The notes beneath the pieces were generated by a model. The model searched no databases, was not told the DNA's origin, and saw nothing but the letters and a program-made list of their open reading frames with translations. Both the position numbers and the translations under genes were made by a program. From Vicugna vicugna (taxonomy: Eukaryota), in NCBI GenBank assembly GCA_013265495.1, contig MU062907.1:6554305-6618304 (forward strand): DNA of 64,000 bases. Reading direction: 5' to 3'. The number at the start of each line of letters is the position of its first letter. The first letter of the stretch is position 1. This document shows positions 23,006-36,610 of the stretch, piece after piece.

Positions 23006-26000
23006 CTAAAAATAGGTTTTCTTTTTGTTGGTTGCCTTGATGACTTTTTGGTGATGTAGTGATTTGAAAGATTCAGAAGAGTTTAAAGAAGTATTCTCAT
23101 TATCCAGAATATGATTTCTTAATGTCTGTACAGAATCAACATATGTAATTCTTTGGGTAATGTAAGTTACCAGCTATATGGACTTTCCACAAAATACATC
23201 TTAAGAGTTTTTCGTGTGAATGGATGATCTTGCAGGATCATTTAAAGAAACTGAAATTTTGCATTTATAATTTTTGTCTTTTTCATCATAATTAGGTTAA
23301 AGTATAGGATGTTGACAGTTTCTTACATATTCCAGTTTTTGTTTGTTTGTTTGTCTTAAAGATGAAAGAGCTTCAGAATCAAGTGTTCTCTTGCCAACTC
23401 TTTATCTGACTTTTAAAGAGAATTTTGCTTTCTGAGTAATTCTTTGATATTTCAGTCTTTTTATTCTGAAAGTAGTCTTACTGATTTACCTGTGTGCTAG
23501 CATCTTGTTAGATTCGTATCACATTAACAGTTCTTTGGCTGTTGTATGTGTGTTTTCTGTCCTTGGCAGCTTTTGACTACATATCTGATGGTTATACTAT
23601 TTACAGTTGTAATAGTTGTCATTTTTGATAGTTGTCTCTTTCCTAATATATAAAAATAGGGTTAAAGTGCTTTTAAGGTTTTGAGGCTCTTAAAGATGAA
23701 GAGAAACTGAAAAGGGTGAAGGATACCAGTGCATGAGACATTTTAGATGTGTAGCTTATCTGCTTTTACCACTCTTTGTCTGAACTATATTTTGGAGTTT
23801 TACTAAGAGATTTAGGCAAAATGCCTACTTTTTTTTTTTTTTTTACAGAGAGAGGGAGCAGTCGGACTGTTCTACGGTTTTCTTGTAGAAGGTGGGGCTG
23901 AGATTGCTTCTTTTATGTCTAGAATAGAATTTAAGGAAGAAAACTTAGGTCTTGGCTTTTCTTTGGAACACCCTGTGAGTGTTTCAGATTATAAAGGGGT
24001 AATGCTGTAATGATGTTTGGGGGCAAGAAAACACTCCTGAGGCCCTAAGGATCCAGAAAACAAGTGTTTGTTGGTTTGTTGACTGACTTAAACAAGTGAA
24101 GAAGAGGAATACAAAGGACATGTAGGAAATGGAGTTTTCCTTGGTACTTTTGTGACTGGTTGGCTATTGGTCAGGACACTTTGCTTTATTAAATCCAAGG
24201 TTATGATAGGTTCCAGTTAAGTTTACTCTGTTCTATGTTTATAGATTACTAATTCTGACAGGTAGTGTTACCTTTGCTCACAAGGAGGACTGCTCTCTGG
24301 AAACATTTTTTAAAATCATAATAGCTTCTGTTTAACGAGTGCTTGATCCGCTTGGCTGGGTCTTTACACAGGATATTTTATGCAGTCTGTGATTGCCTCA
24401 AATTGGTGAGCTTTACGAATGAAATTGACTGAATTATATAATTGAAGTTTTCCAAGAATAATGATGAATTTAAATTGTCTGTATGTATTTTCTTTGAGTA
24501 ACAGTAGTACTTAAGTGAAATTATTATTTGTCCTTTCTACATTGCCTGTAGATGAATTTTCCAGTAACTTGATTTAGGACAGTTATTCTTAACCCACTTG
24601 TGGTCATGTATGTACCCCTAGGAGCATTTGGTGAACCCCGTGGATTGGCTCCCTATGTGTATACAAATTCATAACATTTTACATGAAGTTGCAAGGTGTT
24701 CACATTCCCTGAGCCTGTTCATGAACCTCAAGTTAAGAATGCCTGATTTAGGAGATTGAAAACAGAAAAGAGAATCTTTACTACTATTCTTTCAAAATAT
24801 GGAAACCCAAAAGTTGACAGTTTAATTGTAAATTTGGTGTCCTAAATTAATTAGTTTTGAAATGTGAGATTTGTTCGGGCATGGCTTTATTTTGATGACC
24901 TCGTCTGTGCTTTGCTTTTTTTCTCCCTTTTAAAAAATGCTTACCTTTTTGTTTCTCATTAAGTTACTAACATATGAAGTGTTTCTAAGATTCTTGAAAC
25001 AAGGGTATATTAAGTTCACAGAACTTCAGTGTTCTCATTAAGAGCAATAAGTCATCTCTGTAGTATCTTTACTACCTTAAAATTCATATGTATGATTAGG
25101 ATAAATACCTAGCTGACTGTAATACATAATATAGTCTTGCCCTAGATTTAAAAAAGGACATTTGAAGCCATGTTGTCAAATATACACTGTGGATAATTAT
25201 TTAGCGCTTTATGTGTAGACTGGGGGCTGGTGTCTGTCCTTGTGAAGAGTAGTTGGGTTCACCACTTCCTAAAGCTAATGAAGTCTAAACTCCGAAATTT
25301 ACCATGGTCTTTTGAGCTGAGCTAGCTTATTCTCTCCTAAGATGTTCTAAGTTAATTTAAGCAGTGAATCATACTTAAAAAATTTTGGTTCTGTGTGCAA
25401 GTTTATAGATGGTTTGATTCATTCTGATAGGTTTTATATGTAGGACTTACCATGTTTACTGACATTTTTGTCACCTGGGTGTATAAAATATATCTTTAAG
25501 GGAACATTGTGAAATACAAAAACAAAACAAAACAAAACATAACAGCATTTAGAGTTGTAAACTCTAGGCTTAAGTTCAGACTGCCACTTACTTCCTACAA
25601 GTCAATTATCCCTTTTAAGCCTGTTTCTTTATCTATAAAATGTGATTAGTACCACCCCAGTTCTGAATCTGAGGAGTAAACTGTACAGTTCTGTGCAGGC
25701 GTTGTTTGACATGTGTGTTCTAGTAAGGGATGTTAGAACATATATAAATGGCAGGTGGTTTCAATTTTGAAGTTTTTCTCACATATTTAATGATCAAACA
25801 TTGGTCTCTGACCTTGTCTATTTAAAATTTTTTTTCAATACAGATTTCTTAAGTCTTCCAGTGAATGTATGTGTATACATACATGGGCGCACATGTGCAT
25901 ACATATCTGACTTCCCTGGGAAAAAAGCTTACTAAAGAAAACAGCCAGCCCTTTCTTACTGTCATCAGTTAGACTGTGGTAGGAGTTGAGGGGTTTTTAT

Positions 26001-29000
26001 TTTTTTGATTATAAAACACGGACTCTGCTCTCATGTGCTTACCAATTTGTTAAGAAGATGACTCAAGCTCAAACAGGCATAATCAATTTAACAATATTAA
26101 CACAGTTTAAATCTTGTGATACTTTTAAAGAATAGAGTGGCGTAATAGTGCAAAAGATTTGGAGAAGGGGCCTGTGATTTCAATTATTATTAAAAGAAAG
26201 CTTTAGTTTTGTTGGTTTAGCCGAAGAGGAACAGAGCACTGAGGAGGACTCTCTAGAACCCTTGATGCTAGTCTTGGGATAAGGTCAACAACTAACAATT
26301 TGAGTTCCCACCACTAGTCAGAAATTTTGTATATGTACGTTATTTCCCCTAATGTATGAAGAAATAGTGTCCTAATTTTACAGGAATCAGAGGCAGAGTA
26401 GAGTTAAATGGCTTGCCCAAGGGCATTTAGAGTAAGCAGTAGAATTGGATTTTTGACTCAAGGGCCTGTGATGTTAGAGTTCAAGCATGCTGTTTCCAGT
26501 TTACTATTTGTGGTTACCTTTTAGGAATTTAAAATTTAAGCCAGTTAATTAAGCAACTAACATTATTGTGGTCAGTTGTGTTTAAAATTTGTGATTGGAG
26601 AGGTCTTTTTTAAAACGTTAAGGGTTTGTGAAGGTGCATATTATGAATGGACCTTTGACTTTCTTCACATCTTGCGTTGGGTTGATATTTGAAGCTTCTC
26701 TGGGCTTGAATCTAATTATTGTATCCATTCTCAGTGTTTCTACCCTCATGACTATTCTTGAACATTTATACTCGGGGCCTTAGAAGTCATGGATGTCTTT
26801 CTGTGAGTAAAGCAAGTAAAGCAGAGAATGCCTTCCTCTTGCTGGAGAGGCAGGCACACTTGCTGGAGACCATGTTACTGTTTTATGCATTGTCAGACTT
26901 TGGGAATTGTGATCATGGTATTAATAACTGCTACCTAGTAATTTTTAAATGTAGATTTAAAATTTTTTTACTTTAGATGGTACTGGTAAACTTCTATGAT
27001 ATTTTGTCACCCATCATCTCTACAGAAATTTTGGGTAAATGGCATCAAAGTTTTTCTCTGTAGCTCTTGAAATTTTTCATCAGGTTACCTCCTGGTTTGG
27101 AGGGAGGAAGGAAAAATAATAGTAATTGCCACTTTTTGTGCCCCTGTAATGTACTGGACACCGTGCTAAATGTTTTAGAGGCAATATTCATAATATTGAC
27201 CAGAGTCTAATTGAGTAGTAGAGGGTGCTAATTGAGCCTTTTTACAGATGAGGAAATAGAGCCTCATGGTGATAGATGAGTACCATGCCTCAAGATCTTG
27301 TAGCTATTATGTGATGGAGCCTGAATTCAAATGTAGGTCTTTCCAGCTCTAAACCCCATGCAGGCTTTGAAAGATAAGCGGGTACATTGGTGCATTTTTC
27401 AGCAAATGTTTGCTGTAATATATGTTGTAAAAGCATTTACTCCTTTGCCTTTTTGTATGGCTTACCACTTCCTTCAGAACAGCCAGTTTCCCTCATTTTC
27501 AGAATTCCAGCTTTGAGTTTTTGTAACACTGTTTTAAACAGCGCTAAGATGGAACTTGGAAAATTAATCTATTGTCTCTAAATTTTTTTTTTAAATGTAG
27601 TTTTAGGTCGATTATGGGGAGTTTTTTTTTTTAATTGCTTGGCTATTTTCCTAAATACGGAAGGAACAAAGACTTGCCCTCTTAAATTCTTGGTAATTGA
27701 CTCTCTGTTTTACTAAAAGGGTACTTTTGTGCATAGCTGAAGGTTTATTTAGTTTTTTATTAATTTAATCACAAAGTAATATGTGCTCTATAAAATTCCA
27801 ATAATATAGGAGCATATTAAGTAATTAAAAGTTCTTACCTCTTTTGTCTAGCTTGATGGTTAATTTTGAGTTGTGTTCTGTGGAGCACAATAAAAGTGGG
27901 TAAAGAAGAATAGTTGATGTCAGACAATTCTTGCAGCGCAGGTTATATTAATCATTCCATACCCAAGGCTTAATTAATAGACTAGTGTGTAGTTTTAATA
28001 GTATATTAAAGTTTATTTGGCCACTATATTGTAATATCATAATTATGACTTTGTTTTAAATTTGTTATGTGAGCTTACTTTTAGGGCTACTTTAGAGTAT
28101 GACTTTTATAAAAAGGTAAAATTACATGATTTCTATCAGGCAGGTGAATTTGTTCCAGATGAAAGAGAACAAATTTGGGTTCTGTTGAACTTTTTAAAAT
28201 AGCAGGCCTTTTCTAAGGTAAACTTACAGTAATAGCTGATATTATGAAATTTGTATTTTAGGGGTACTGTTTGGATAAAAACAACTATATAGTTCGCCAC
28301 TGTTTTACTTTTGTCTTTTCTTTCTTGATATCTGTTTCCAAACAGTATGTTGAAAGTTGTGTTAATGTCAGTCAGCTTTCTCTTGTAGAATATTCATTGA
28401 CAGGTGAACTATGTCTGATAATCCAAATTTTATTTCATAAAAGAAGAAAAAAAGTTTAATCCCAAAATTCTCATTTAATCCCAGAAGTTGGCTTCATATG
28501 CTTGTGACTGTATTGGGAACGTGCCGATGCTGTCTGCTTACAACCTTGACCTACTACTGTACCTACTTAGGAGTCATTTGTATTATGACAGATTTGCTGA
28601 AAGTACTTGCCAAGGGTATTCAGTCATTGAATAAACCCACTGATTAAAATTTTTTCCTCCCTTCAAATCACGTTTTTTTTCTGGTTATAAAAGTAATACA
28701 GGTTTACTGCAGACTGTTGTTTTAAAGTATAAAGAAAATATCAAATGTAATCCTACAGTTTAGAAGTGTCCATTTTTCCCCCAAATCTTCTGTGCTTACA
28801 AATTTTTTTTGACAAATTTTTTTGGGTTATACTAAACAAAATGTTCTGTAATCTTTTCACATAACAATGTATTTCACATAATAGTCACTTTTGAGATTTC
28901 AGAGTTCCTAGTAGTAGTTTAGATTTAGAAACAAGCAGATTCATCACCTACTTCATATTTTATATATTCAGTTTGGTAGCTTCATGAAAAGGAAAACATT

Positions 29001-29574
29001 TTACCTGAATAGAATTTTGAGCTGAAATGAGTTTTAGTTACTTTTAAAAAATACTGTTTCATGCTCTCACAATAGTGACTTTTTAAAAGGTATAGCAAAT
29101 GTTAATGCTTGCATTAAAAATGGCATAGGTATCAAGATTATATTCAGATCATAAATAATGAAAGTAGAGAATTACAATATTGCTGAAGTAGACCATGAAT
29201 TGACCTGAGAAGAAACTGATAGCAAAAAAAATTTTCCACTTGCTATTATCTTTGACACCCCACTATCCACTTGTTAAAAGCCTGTTAATTTCTCTGAATC
29301 TCCCCCTTTCCATCTATCCTTAATCTATTTCAATCTTACATGAACTGTCTTAGCTTTTTCCCAGAATTGTCTCCTCTGTATTTTTCTCTGATGATAAAAA
29401 TACTTGTGTCTTGAAAACAAAGCTTTTATTTCACGGATTCCAGCATGATTTATGATTGTTGATCTAACTTCAGAAAACACAAAATCTCTCTTTCGTGTTT
29501 AAAAAAATATCAGGGCCAGCTTTTCAAAGAGATTCTACCCAGTTCACTAACTTCTTCATAGTTGTGTTTTTCTA

Positions 29575-30620
29575 AAACCTTTTCATTTTGAAATAAATTT
29601 AGATTAACAGAAGAGTTGTAAAAGTAGTACAGAGAATTCTTGTGTACCCTTCACCCAGCCTCCCCTAATATTAACATCGTACATACCATGGTACCTTTAT
29701 CAAAATTAGGAAATTAACATTGGTACACTATGAACTAAAGACTTTTATTCCGGTTTCTCCAGTTTTTCCCACTTATGTCCTTTTCTGTTCCAGAATTTAA
29801 TCCAAGATACCATGTATTTAATTGTGTTGTATCATGACAATTGTTATATCTCTTTCAGTCTGAGCTTCTCAGTCTTATTTTTCATAATCTTGACACTTTT
29901 GAAGAATACTTTTAGGTATTTTGTGGAATTTCTCTCAGTTTACATTTGTGTGATGTCTTCTCATGATTAGAGTGGGGTTATGGATTTGGGGAGAGATACC
30001 ATAGAGGTAAAGCACTCTACTCATATCAGAAGGTACAAGACAGCAGCGTGACGACTTGCTGGTTATGTTCACCATCGTCACTTAGTAAAATTGCTGCTTG
30101 TCAGGCTTCTCCATTGTAAAGTAATTGTTTTTCCCTTTCCATGCTCTGTTAGAAACCAGTCATTAAGAACCCATACTAAAGGGAAGGGAATTAAGCTCCA
30201 TCTCCTGGAGAGAGGAGTATTCAGCAAATTTGTGGGCATATGTTAAAACCACTGCAGTAATAAATATTTGAGGGGGCATACTTTGAGGACATAACAAATA
30301 TCTTAATTCTTCTTAACATTTCACCTACTAATTTTAGCATACATTGGATCTTGCCTGTAGAGGTTAATCTACTGGTGATTTTTTTTAACTTCTCTCATTC
30401 CTTCTTCATGTATTACTAGGAATCCTCCTGTAAGAAAGATTTGTCCTTTCTTTCCCATTTATTTGTTTAATCATTTATACCTGTGGAATTACAGATGCTT
30501 ATTTAATTCTTTGGGTTATAATTCAGTACATGGTTATTTACTTTGTGGTTCAAACTGTTGTCTTGACCATTGAGAGAACTTTCAAGTTAGTGTCTGTGTC
30601 CTTTTAACATGCCATGTCCC
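29575..30620 (-). mobile_element. L1MC-like 3' fragment
   Basis: TAAATTTAGATTAACAGAAGAGTTGTAAAAGTAGTACAGAGAATTC...GAAATTAACATTGGTAC...TTGACACTTTTGAAGAATAC...GTCAGGCTTCTCCATTGTAAAGT. Confidence 0.75.
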
Positions 30621-30750
30621 TGTAAATTTTTTTCTCTAGTATTTTGACCAAAATGTTAATGGAGGATGGCTATAGATACTTTTAGCTGTTTCTCTCAATG
30701 AAAGAGACCTGATTAAAAATGCAACATTAAAATGTTCTCTGATCTCTTAG

Positions 30751-30799
30751 CACAGTGCTTTCTAAAAGGCACAGTGCTTTCTAAAAGACACAATGCTTT
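30751..30799. repeat. 19-bp tandem repeat, about 2.6 copies
   Basis: CACAGTGCTTTCTAAAAGG / CACAGTGCTTTCTAAAAGA / CACAATGCTTT. Confidence 0.85.
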
Positions 30800-32213
30800 A
30801 TTTTGGATGAATAAGTCAGTTTACCTTCACAGGGATAGACATGTTAAACATAAGAGTAGGAAAAAATAGACTCCAGATTACTTATGGGGAGAAAGTATGA
30901 AGTGTCATTGTCATAGTAAAGTAGACATGAAAAAGTTTAGAGGAAGAACCATAATATAACTTGTAATATAATTAGGAAGCATTCATGTTTTTTCCAGCCT
31001 TATGGTTATTCTGAAATAGAGAAATTGACTTTAAGGTAATGAATGATACCACAGGCAACATCTGTGGCCCAATGCTGTCATTTACTATAGCAGGACCCAG
31101 TACCACAGATGCAGAGAATGTTTATTGAGTGTTTACTGAATACCTGGCACTGTGCTTTAGGGAAGTTGGTAAATTCAAGGCGTTTGTTTTGTCAAAATTT
31201 CTGTTAAAAATTAAATAATTGTAGTATCAATGGTGTGATTATTCTTGCTAACAAATGAAAATTTTTGATGTACTTATTGCTAATGTTCAGTGTTCAGCAG
31301 TCTTAAGAATTCATTTGGTTTAATTAAAGAGGAAGCTATCAATAGTACTAAAGTCAGTCAGCAACTATACTAACAAAAGTTGTTTGGAATTAGTTATCAA
31401 TAACTTATTAAGGGTAAATTTTTATAATCATTATCCCCACTATCCCCTTTCTTTCTTTAAAATCTCAAACTGAAAAGGATTTAGTTATTAAGTTCATCCT
31501 ATTCAACCCTTCATTCAACCCTTAATGACATGTTTAAAAGCTTACTTCCTATTGTGACCTTTATTTTGCTGCTGGCTAAGGTACTTTGGATTTTTAAAAA
31601 AATGTTTTTCCTTTAGATAATTAGAGACAATAAGTGTACTATGGTAACTTGATAAAACCAGAAAGATGTTTTAACACCTGGGTAACAATTGATGAATATT
31701 CACAGAGTTAATCACTTTTAAACATCTCCCTTACATGTAAATATGATAATTGTAATCTACATTTAATTTGCAAGTGGTATTTGGGTTTCACTTTAAGTAG
31801 GTAGCATTTTTTAAGAATAACTCACAAAGAACAACATTAAAAATCATGAATTGTCATCTTAAAAATCTGTAAAATCTGAATCTTTTTGTTGTTGTTTTGA
31901 AATTGCTTTAAAAGAACATATGGAACTGTTTATAGAGTTCGGAAAAATCTATGAGGGATTCCTTTGGAGACCATAGGCTGACCGACTGTTGTCTTCAGAT
32001 CCCTGGAGGAATCCCTGGGGATGGTTTTTGAGTTAGGCTTGGCAGCGGTAACATGCATAAACAGAGCCCCGAGCCTTCAGTGTTTTCTGAAGAATGCTTT
32101 ATGCAAGCTTTGAATGTTGGTATGGTTGTATGTTTCTATAAACAGTCTTTGGTTTTACTGCATCTCCAGTTTAAAATATTTATAATGCAGGCTTTCAGAA
32201 GTTAAACGATCCA

Positions 32214-32268
32214 TTTCCTTCCTCCCTTCCTTCCTTCCTTCCCTCTTCCCTCCCTTCCTCCCTCCTTT
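32214..32268. repeat. (CCTT)n-type polypyrimidine simple repeat
   Basis: TTTCCTTCCTCCCTTCCTTCCTTCCTTCCCTCTTCCCTCCCTTCCTCCCTCCTTT. Confidence 0.85.
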
Positions 32269-32763
32269 AAGGAGGAATTCCAGGTGGATGCTAGGGAAGG
32301 ATCATAAAAGCCGTTTGCTGGAGGACTGCTGTGAAATGATTTGAGCTTGAAATTTGAAGGAGAGATTTGTTTCATTGGCAACAACAATGGAAAGTTAACT
32401 CCCTGTGCTTTAATATTGCAGAAGAGTGGGATTTTTTTCTAGCATTAAGTCTCTTGGGCTCTCCAAGAATGCTTACCACTTATCTTTCCTGTCATTCTTT
32501 CCTCGGAAGTGAAAGTTCACTGATCTTAGAGATCATGGCTGGTGTTGCCTATCTCACATTTACATAATTCTCTCATGTTCAGTGATTCATCAAAAGGGCT
32601 CCTACCTTTGGTTGCAGTTTTGACTTCTGTTAAGTCACTCATGGGCTTTTCAGGAGCTGTAGTCTTCCTCAGTGAGCTGTTATTCTTGGCTGTATTTCTG
32701 TCATTGTAGAACTTACAGTACAATATGCTTTTCATTAATGTGGTTTTCTTTTCCTTTTTGCAG

Positions 32764-32836
32764 TGATTATTTATTCAAGTTACTTCTGATTGGCGACTCT
32801 GGGGTTGGAAAGTCTTGCCTCCTTCTTAGATTTGCG
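32764..32836 (+). CDS. RAB1A: Ras-related protein Rab-1A, exon 2 (73 nt)
   Basis: ttttgcag|TGATTAT...TTTGCG|gtaagt; encodes (Y)[24 protein letters not shown] with the P-loop GDSGVGKS. Confidence 0.98.
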
Positions 32837-33365
32837 GTAAGTTGAAATTAAAATGCTTTTAGAGAAATTAATGCTATGTATGTTTTCCAGGTAGACAAAA
32901 CATTAAACAATTTTATTCAGAATATTAATTTTCCAGAACTTATATATTTAAAGCCTCCAAGTGTACATCCCTAGTGATATCTAGACTCTTAAATAGAAGT
33001 GCTGTTACTCTTAGAAGAAATTTAAGCAAAATGTGGTTATAAAGTCAGATCTAATACTCTTCCTGGAAGTCATGTTTCATTCCAGCAAAAGTCATGAGTT
33101 AAGAGGAAAATAACTGGCCCGTGTTGAAAGTGACTTGATGGAAAACAAGTCTTCAAGTACAACTTAAGTAGAATCAAAAAAAATTTTTTGGACAATGGCA
33201 TAGGGTTCTATATGCTGAAATTTACAAACTGATTAATGACTTTCAACCTAATAAATAGAATCTAGAGTCTCCTTCATAGTCTTTACCAGCTGCCTTTAAA
33301 TTTAGTGTGTTTTCCTTCTTACTGTCTCCATCGTTGGTTCTTAAGAGTATGGGCCAATGGGGATT

Positions 33366-34640
33366 AGCAAGACCCTCTCAGTGGAGTCCATGAGATCAAA
33401 GCTACTTTCCTAATAACACTAAACCGTTAGTATTTACTAAATAGCACTAACAAAACACGTTTGCCTTTTTTCACTCTGTTGACCTTTCACTCTGATGATA
33501 CGGTGGGTAAAACTGCTGGTGCCTTATTAGCACCATGTCAAAGTATTGGTAAGTCCTAAACTATACTCATAGTCATGGTATTTACCTCTATTCACTCACC
33601 GGGCAGGGAGACACCATTTTCACTGAAGAATGTTTTTGGTGAAACAAAATGATTAAATTTTTTCCTATCTTTTTTTTTAATTGAGTTATAGTTGATATAC
33701 AATATTATATGTTTCAGTACAACAGTAATTCATAGTTTTTAAAGGTTACATTCCTTTTATAGTTACTATAAAATATTGGCTATATTCCCTGTGTTGTATA
33801 ATATATCCTTGTAGCTTTTAATTTCATATTCTAGTTTGTACCTCTTAATCCCCATCCCTATCTTGCCCCTCCCCTCTTCTGTCTCCCCACTGATAACCGC
33901 TAGTTTGTTCTGTATATCTGTGAGTCTGTTTCTTTTTTGTTATATTCACCAATTTATTTTTTTAGATTCCACATATAAATGGTATCATTCAGTATTTTTC
34001 TTTGTCTGACTTATTTCACTTAGCATAATACTCTCCAAGTCTGTCCATGTTGTTGCACATGGCAGAATTTCATTTTTTTTTTTAATGGCTGAGTAGGATA
34101 TGTGTGTGTGTGTGTATATATCTTCTTTATCCACTCATTTGTTGATGAACACTTAGGTTGCTTTTAAACAGGATTAATTTTGAAAAATCTTGATTCTTGT
34201 GTATTTTTTAAATATTTTGTGTGAAGAAATGAGTGCTATGCAAAAAGTGCTTTTACTGTAGACTGAAGTATGTTGGTTGTCTCAGGGGAAAGAAAAGCAT
34301 TTGTATAGTTGTTTGCATTGTGAGCTAAACTGATTGCTTTTTTTAATTGAAGAACTTTTCTTCTTCTTTTTCTTTAACTTGAAAGAACAACTGACAAACT
34401 ATAGTTATGTAGAATTGAGTATTGGGTACACATTTTGTCAGATGAGCAGAGACTTCACTTCAAGGAAAATATCTGACAATATTTGCTGCCTATAATAAAT
34501 TCAAGCTTTCAAGGGAAAATTAGAATTTTGGAAAATTTAAATTTACTACTGCAAGCTTGATAGCATCTCAGATACCTAATATGACTTTTCTAATGAGTGA
34601 TATTAATGAATCTTATTTTTAAATAAATATATATATAATT
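33366..34640 (+). mobile_element. Charlie1-type hAT DNA transposon remnant interrupted by L1
   Basis: Degraded transposase: GAA GTA TGT TGG TTG TCT CAG GGG AAA (EVCWLSQGK, the EVRWLSRG motif) at 34265-34291, plus GGTGGGTAAAACTGCTGGTGCC and AAGCTTTCAAGGGAAAATTAGAATTTTGGAAA. Confidence 0.8.
33671..34165 (-). mobile_element. L1 3' end nested in Charlie1
   Basis: Poly-T, TTGAGTTATAGTTGATATAC...TATTCCCTGTGTTGTA...TTTTAGATTCCACATATAA...TTGTTGATGAACACTTAGGTTGC. Confidence 0.85.
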
Positions 34641-36014
34641 TCATTATATATAATAGTTTAAAGTGAAACCATGGATGTACTAGCAAAGCACTGAGAATTG
34701 GGACAGAAGAGATAACAAGTGCAGTGGTTCAGAGGCATGTAAGTGTGAGTCATTTAGGGATTTATAAGAATTCTAACAAAGCATTTAATAAAATATTTCT
34801 AATAAAGCACCTGGCATGAAGAAGTGCAAAATTAATGTTTATTGCATTCATTTTGTTCTCTATCTACTTTTCTATAGTACCTGATACTTCTCAATTAAAA
34901 TATTAAAATTTTTATAAAAGTGAATACCTAATAATGATAAAGAACATTTTGTCAAATACATTCAGTTCTTTAAAAATATCCTTTTACCCAGTGATTCCAT
35001 GTGTGCAGAAATGTGAATATATGTGAAGGATAAGTCAACATAGCTACCTCTAGGCACTGGGAACTCTTTCTGGTCGCATTTTACAGTTTTCTTTTGGACA
35101 TCTTTTGTTTCAGTCCCATGTACAGATTCAGCATTATCAAGACTCACCCACGCTGGCTTCATTTAATCCTTTTTTTTCCTTCTCTTTGTTGGAGTGCAGC
35201 AAATGTAGATCCCAAATGTGTCGTTTTCCCTTTATATACTTAAGTATGCACTTCTAAAAACTGGACATTTTCATATAAAATACATTTATCAATTTACAAA
35301 GTAAATTTCCCTGGTTGTCTAAGAAGTGTGGTGTTAAAGAGTTGGTTTGAAATCATGATTCAGACATGGTTCACGCATCCCACTTGGTTGTTTTCCTGCT
35401 CAGTCTCTTAGAGTTTTTCCATCCTCCCTCTTTTTGATTTATGTATTTTTCATGTCATTTACCTTTTGCAGAAACTGGGGCAGTTGTCCTGCAGATTGCC
35501 CAACATGTTAGACTTGTCACTTTGTTTTTCTGTGCTGTCTTTAAACTAGTTCCCTTATCCCTCATGTTTCTGTAATTGGAAATAAGGCCCAGAGCTGTGC
35601 TATCTTTATGGAAGCTGTTAGTCCCATATGACTATTTAAATATAAAGTTGAATAGAATAAAAAATTATCCACATGGGGCTAGTGGCTACTGTACTGACTA
35701 TGACAGTTTATAGAACCTTTCCATCATCTAAAAAGTTCTTTTGACAGTGCTGCTCTTGATAGATAGAGGCTTGATTAGATTTAGGCCCATCTTTATTGGT
35801 GGAATACTTCCTAGGTGGTGCTTTATGTGCCTGAAAAGATTCCTCATTGAATTTAGGTGGTAAAAGCCTGATCTCTCCATTCACAAATCTTTTCACAAAC
35901 ATTTTCACTTAAAGAAAAAAACTGAATTTTGTTTCCATTACGAGTAAAATATTGTAACAGACACTTGAGAAAGAAACAGGTATAATTTTAAAGGTTTAAC
36001 CTTGAGTTAAACAT

Positions 36015-36610
36015 TGTTCACACAAAAAACTTGCACACAAATGCTCATAGCAGCATTAATTATAGTAGACCAAAAGTAGAAACCACTCAAATGTCCATCA
36101 GTTGATGAGTGGATAAACAAATTTTGGTATATTCATGCAATATAAGCCATAAAAAGGAATGAAGTGTACTGATTCATGCTGTAACATTGCTGAACCTTGA
36201 AAAGTTTATGCTGAGTGAAAGAAGCCCGGCACAAAAGGCCACATTGTATGATTCCATTCATGTGAAATGTCCAGAACAGGCAAATCCATAGAGACATAAA
36301 GTAGATTAGTAGTTTCCAGAGTCTAAGGGGAGAGGAGGAAATGGCGAGTGACTGCTACTAGGTGTAGGGTTTTCTTTTGTGGTGAGGAAAATGTTTTAGA
36401 ATTAAATAGTGGTGACGGTTTTACAACTTTCTGAACATACTGCAAACCACTGAACTATACATTTTAAAAGGATGAATTAGGGGGAAAGTAGCTCACTGGT
36501 AGAGTGAATCCTTAGCATGCACGAGGCCCTGGGTCCAATCCCCAGTATCTCCATTAAGAAATAAATATTATATCTCAGTATGTGAATTACATCTCAGTTT
36601 TTAAAAGTCA
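36015..36610 (+). mobile_element. Old L1M 3' fragment (contains a SINE)
   Basis: CACACAAAAAACTTGCACACAAATGCTCATAGCAGC...AAATGTCCATCAGTTGATGAGTGGATAAAC...GATTCCATTCATGTGAAATGTCCAGAACAGGCAAATCCATAGAGAC. Confidence 0.8.
36480..36566 (+). mobile_element. Camelid tRNA-Ala-derived SINE (short copy)
   Basis: GGGGGAAAGTAGCTCACTGGTAGAGTGAATCCTTAGCATGCACGAGGCCCTGGGTCCAATCCCCAGTATCTCCA. Confidence 0.85.

Noticed and set aside
23733-24260. Possible antisense ERV LTR in RAB1A intron 1
   Set aside because: TG...CA ends are plausible, but I found no TSD and no family motif I could name; needs RepeatMasker.
36560-36565. SINE-derived AATAAA in sense within RAB1A intron 2 as a premature poly(A) site
   Set aside because: AATAAA is frequent in this AT-rich intron and nothing singles this one out.
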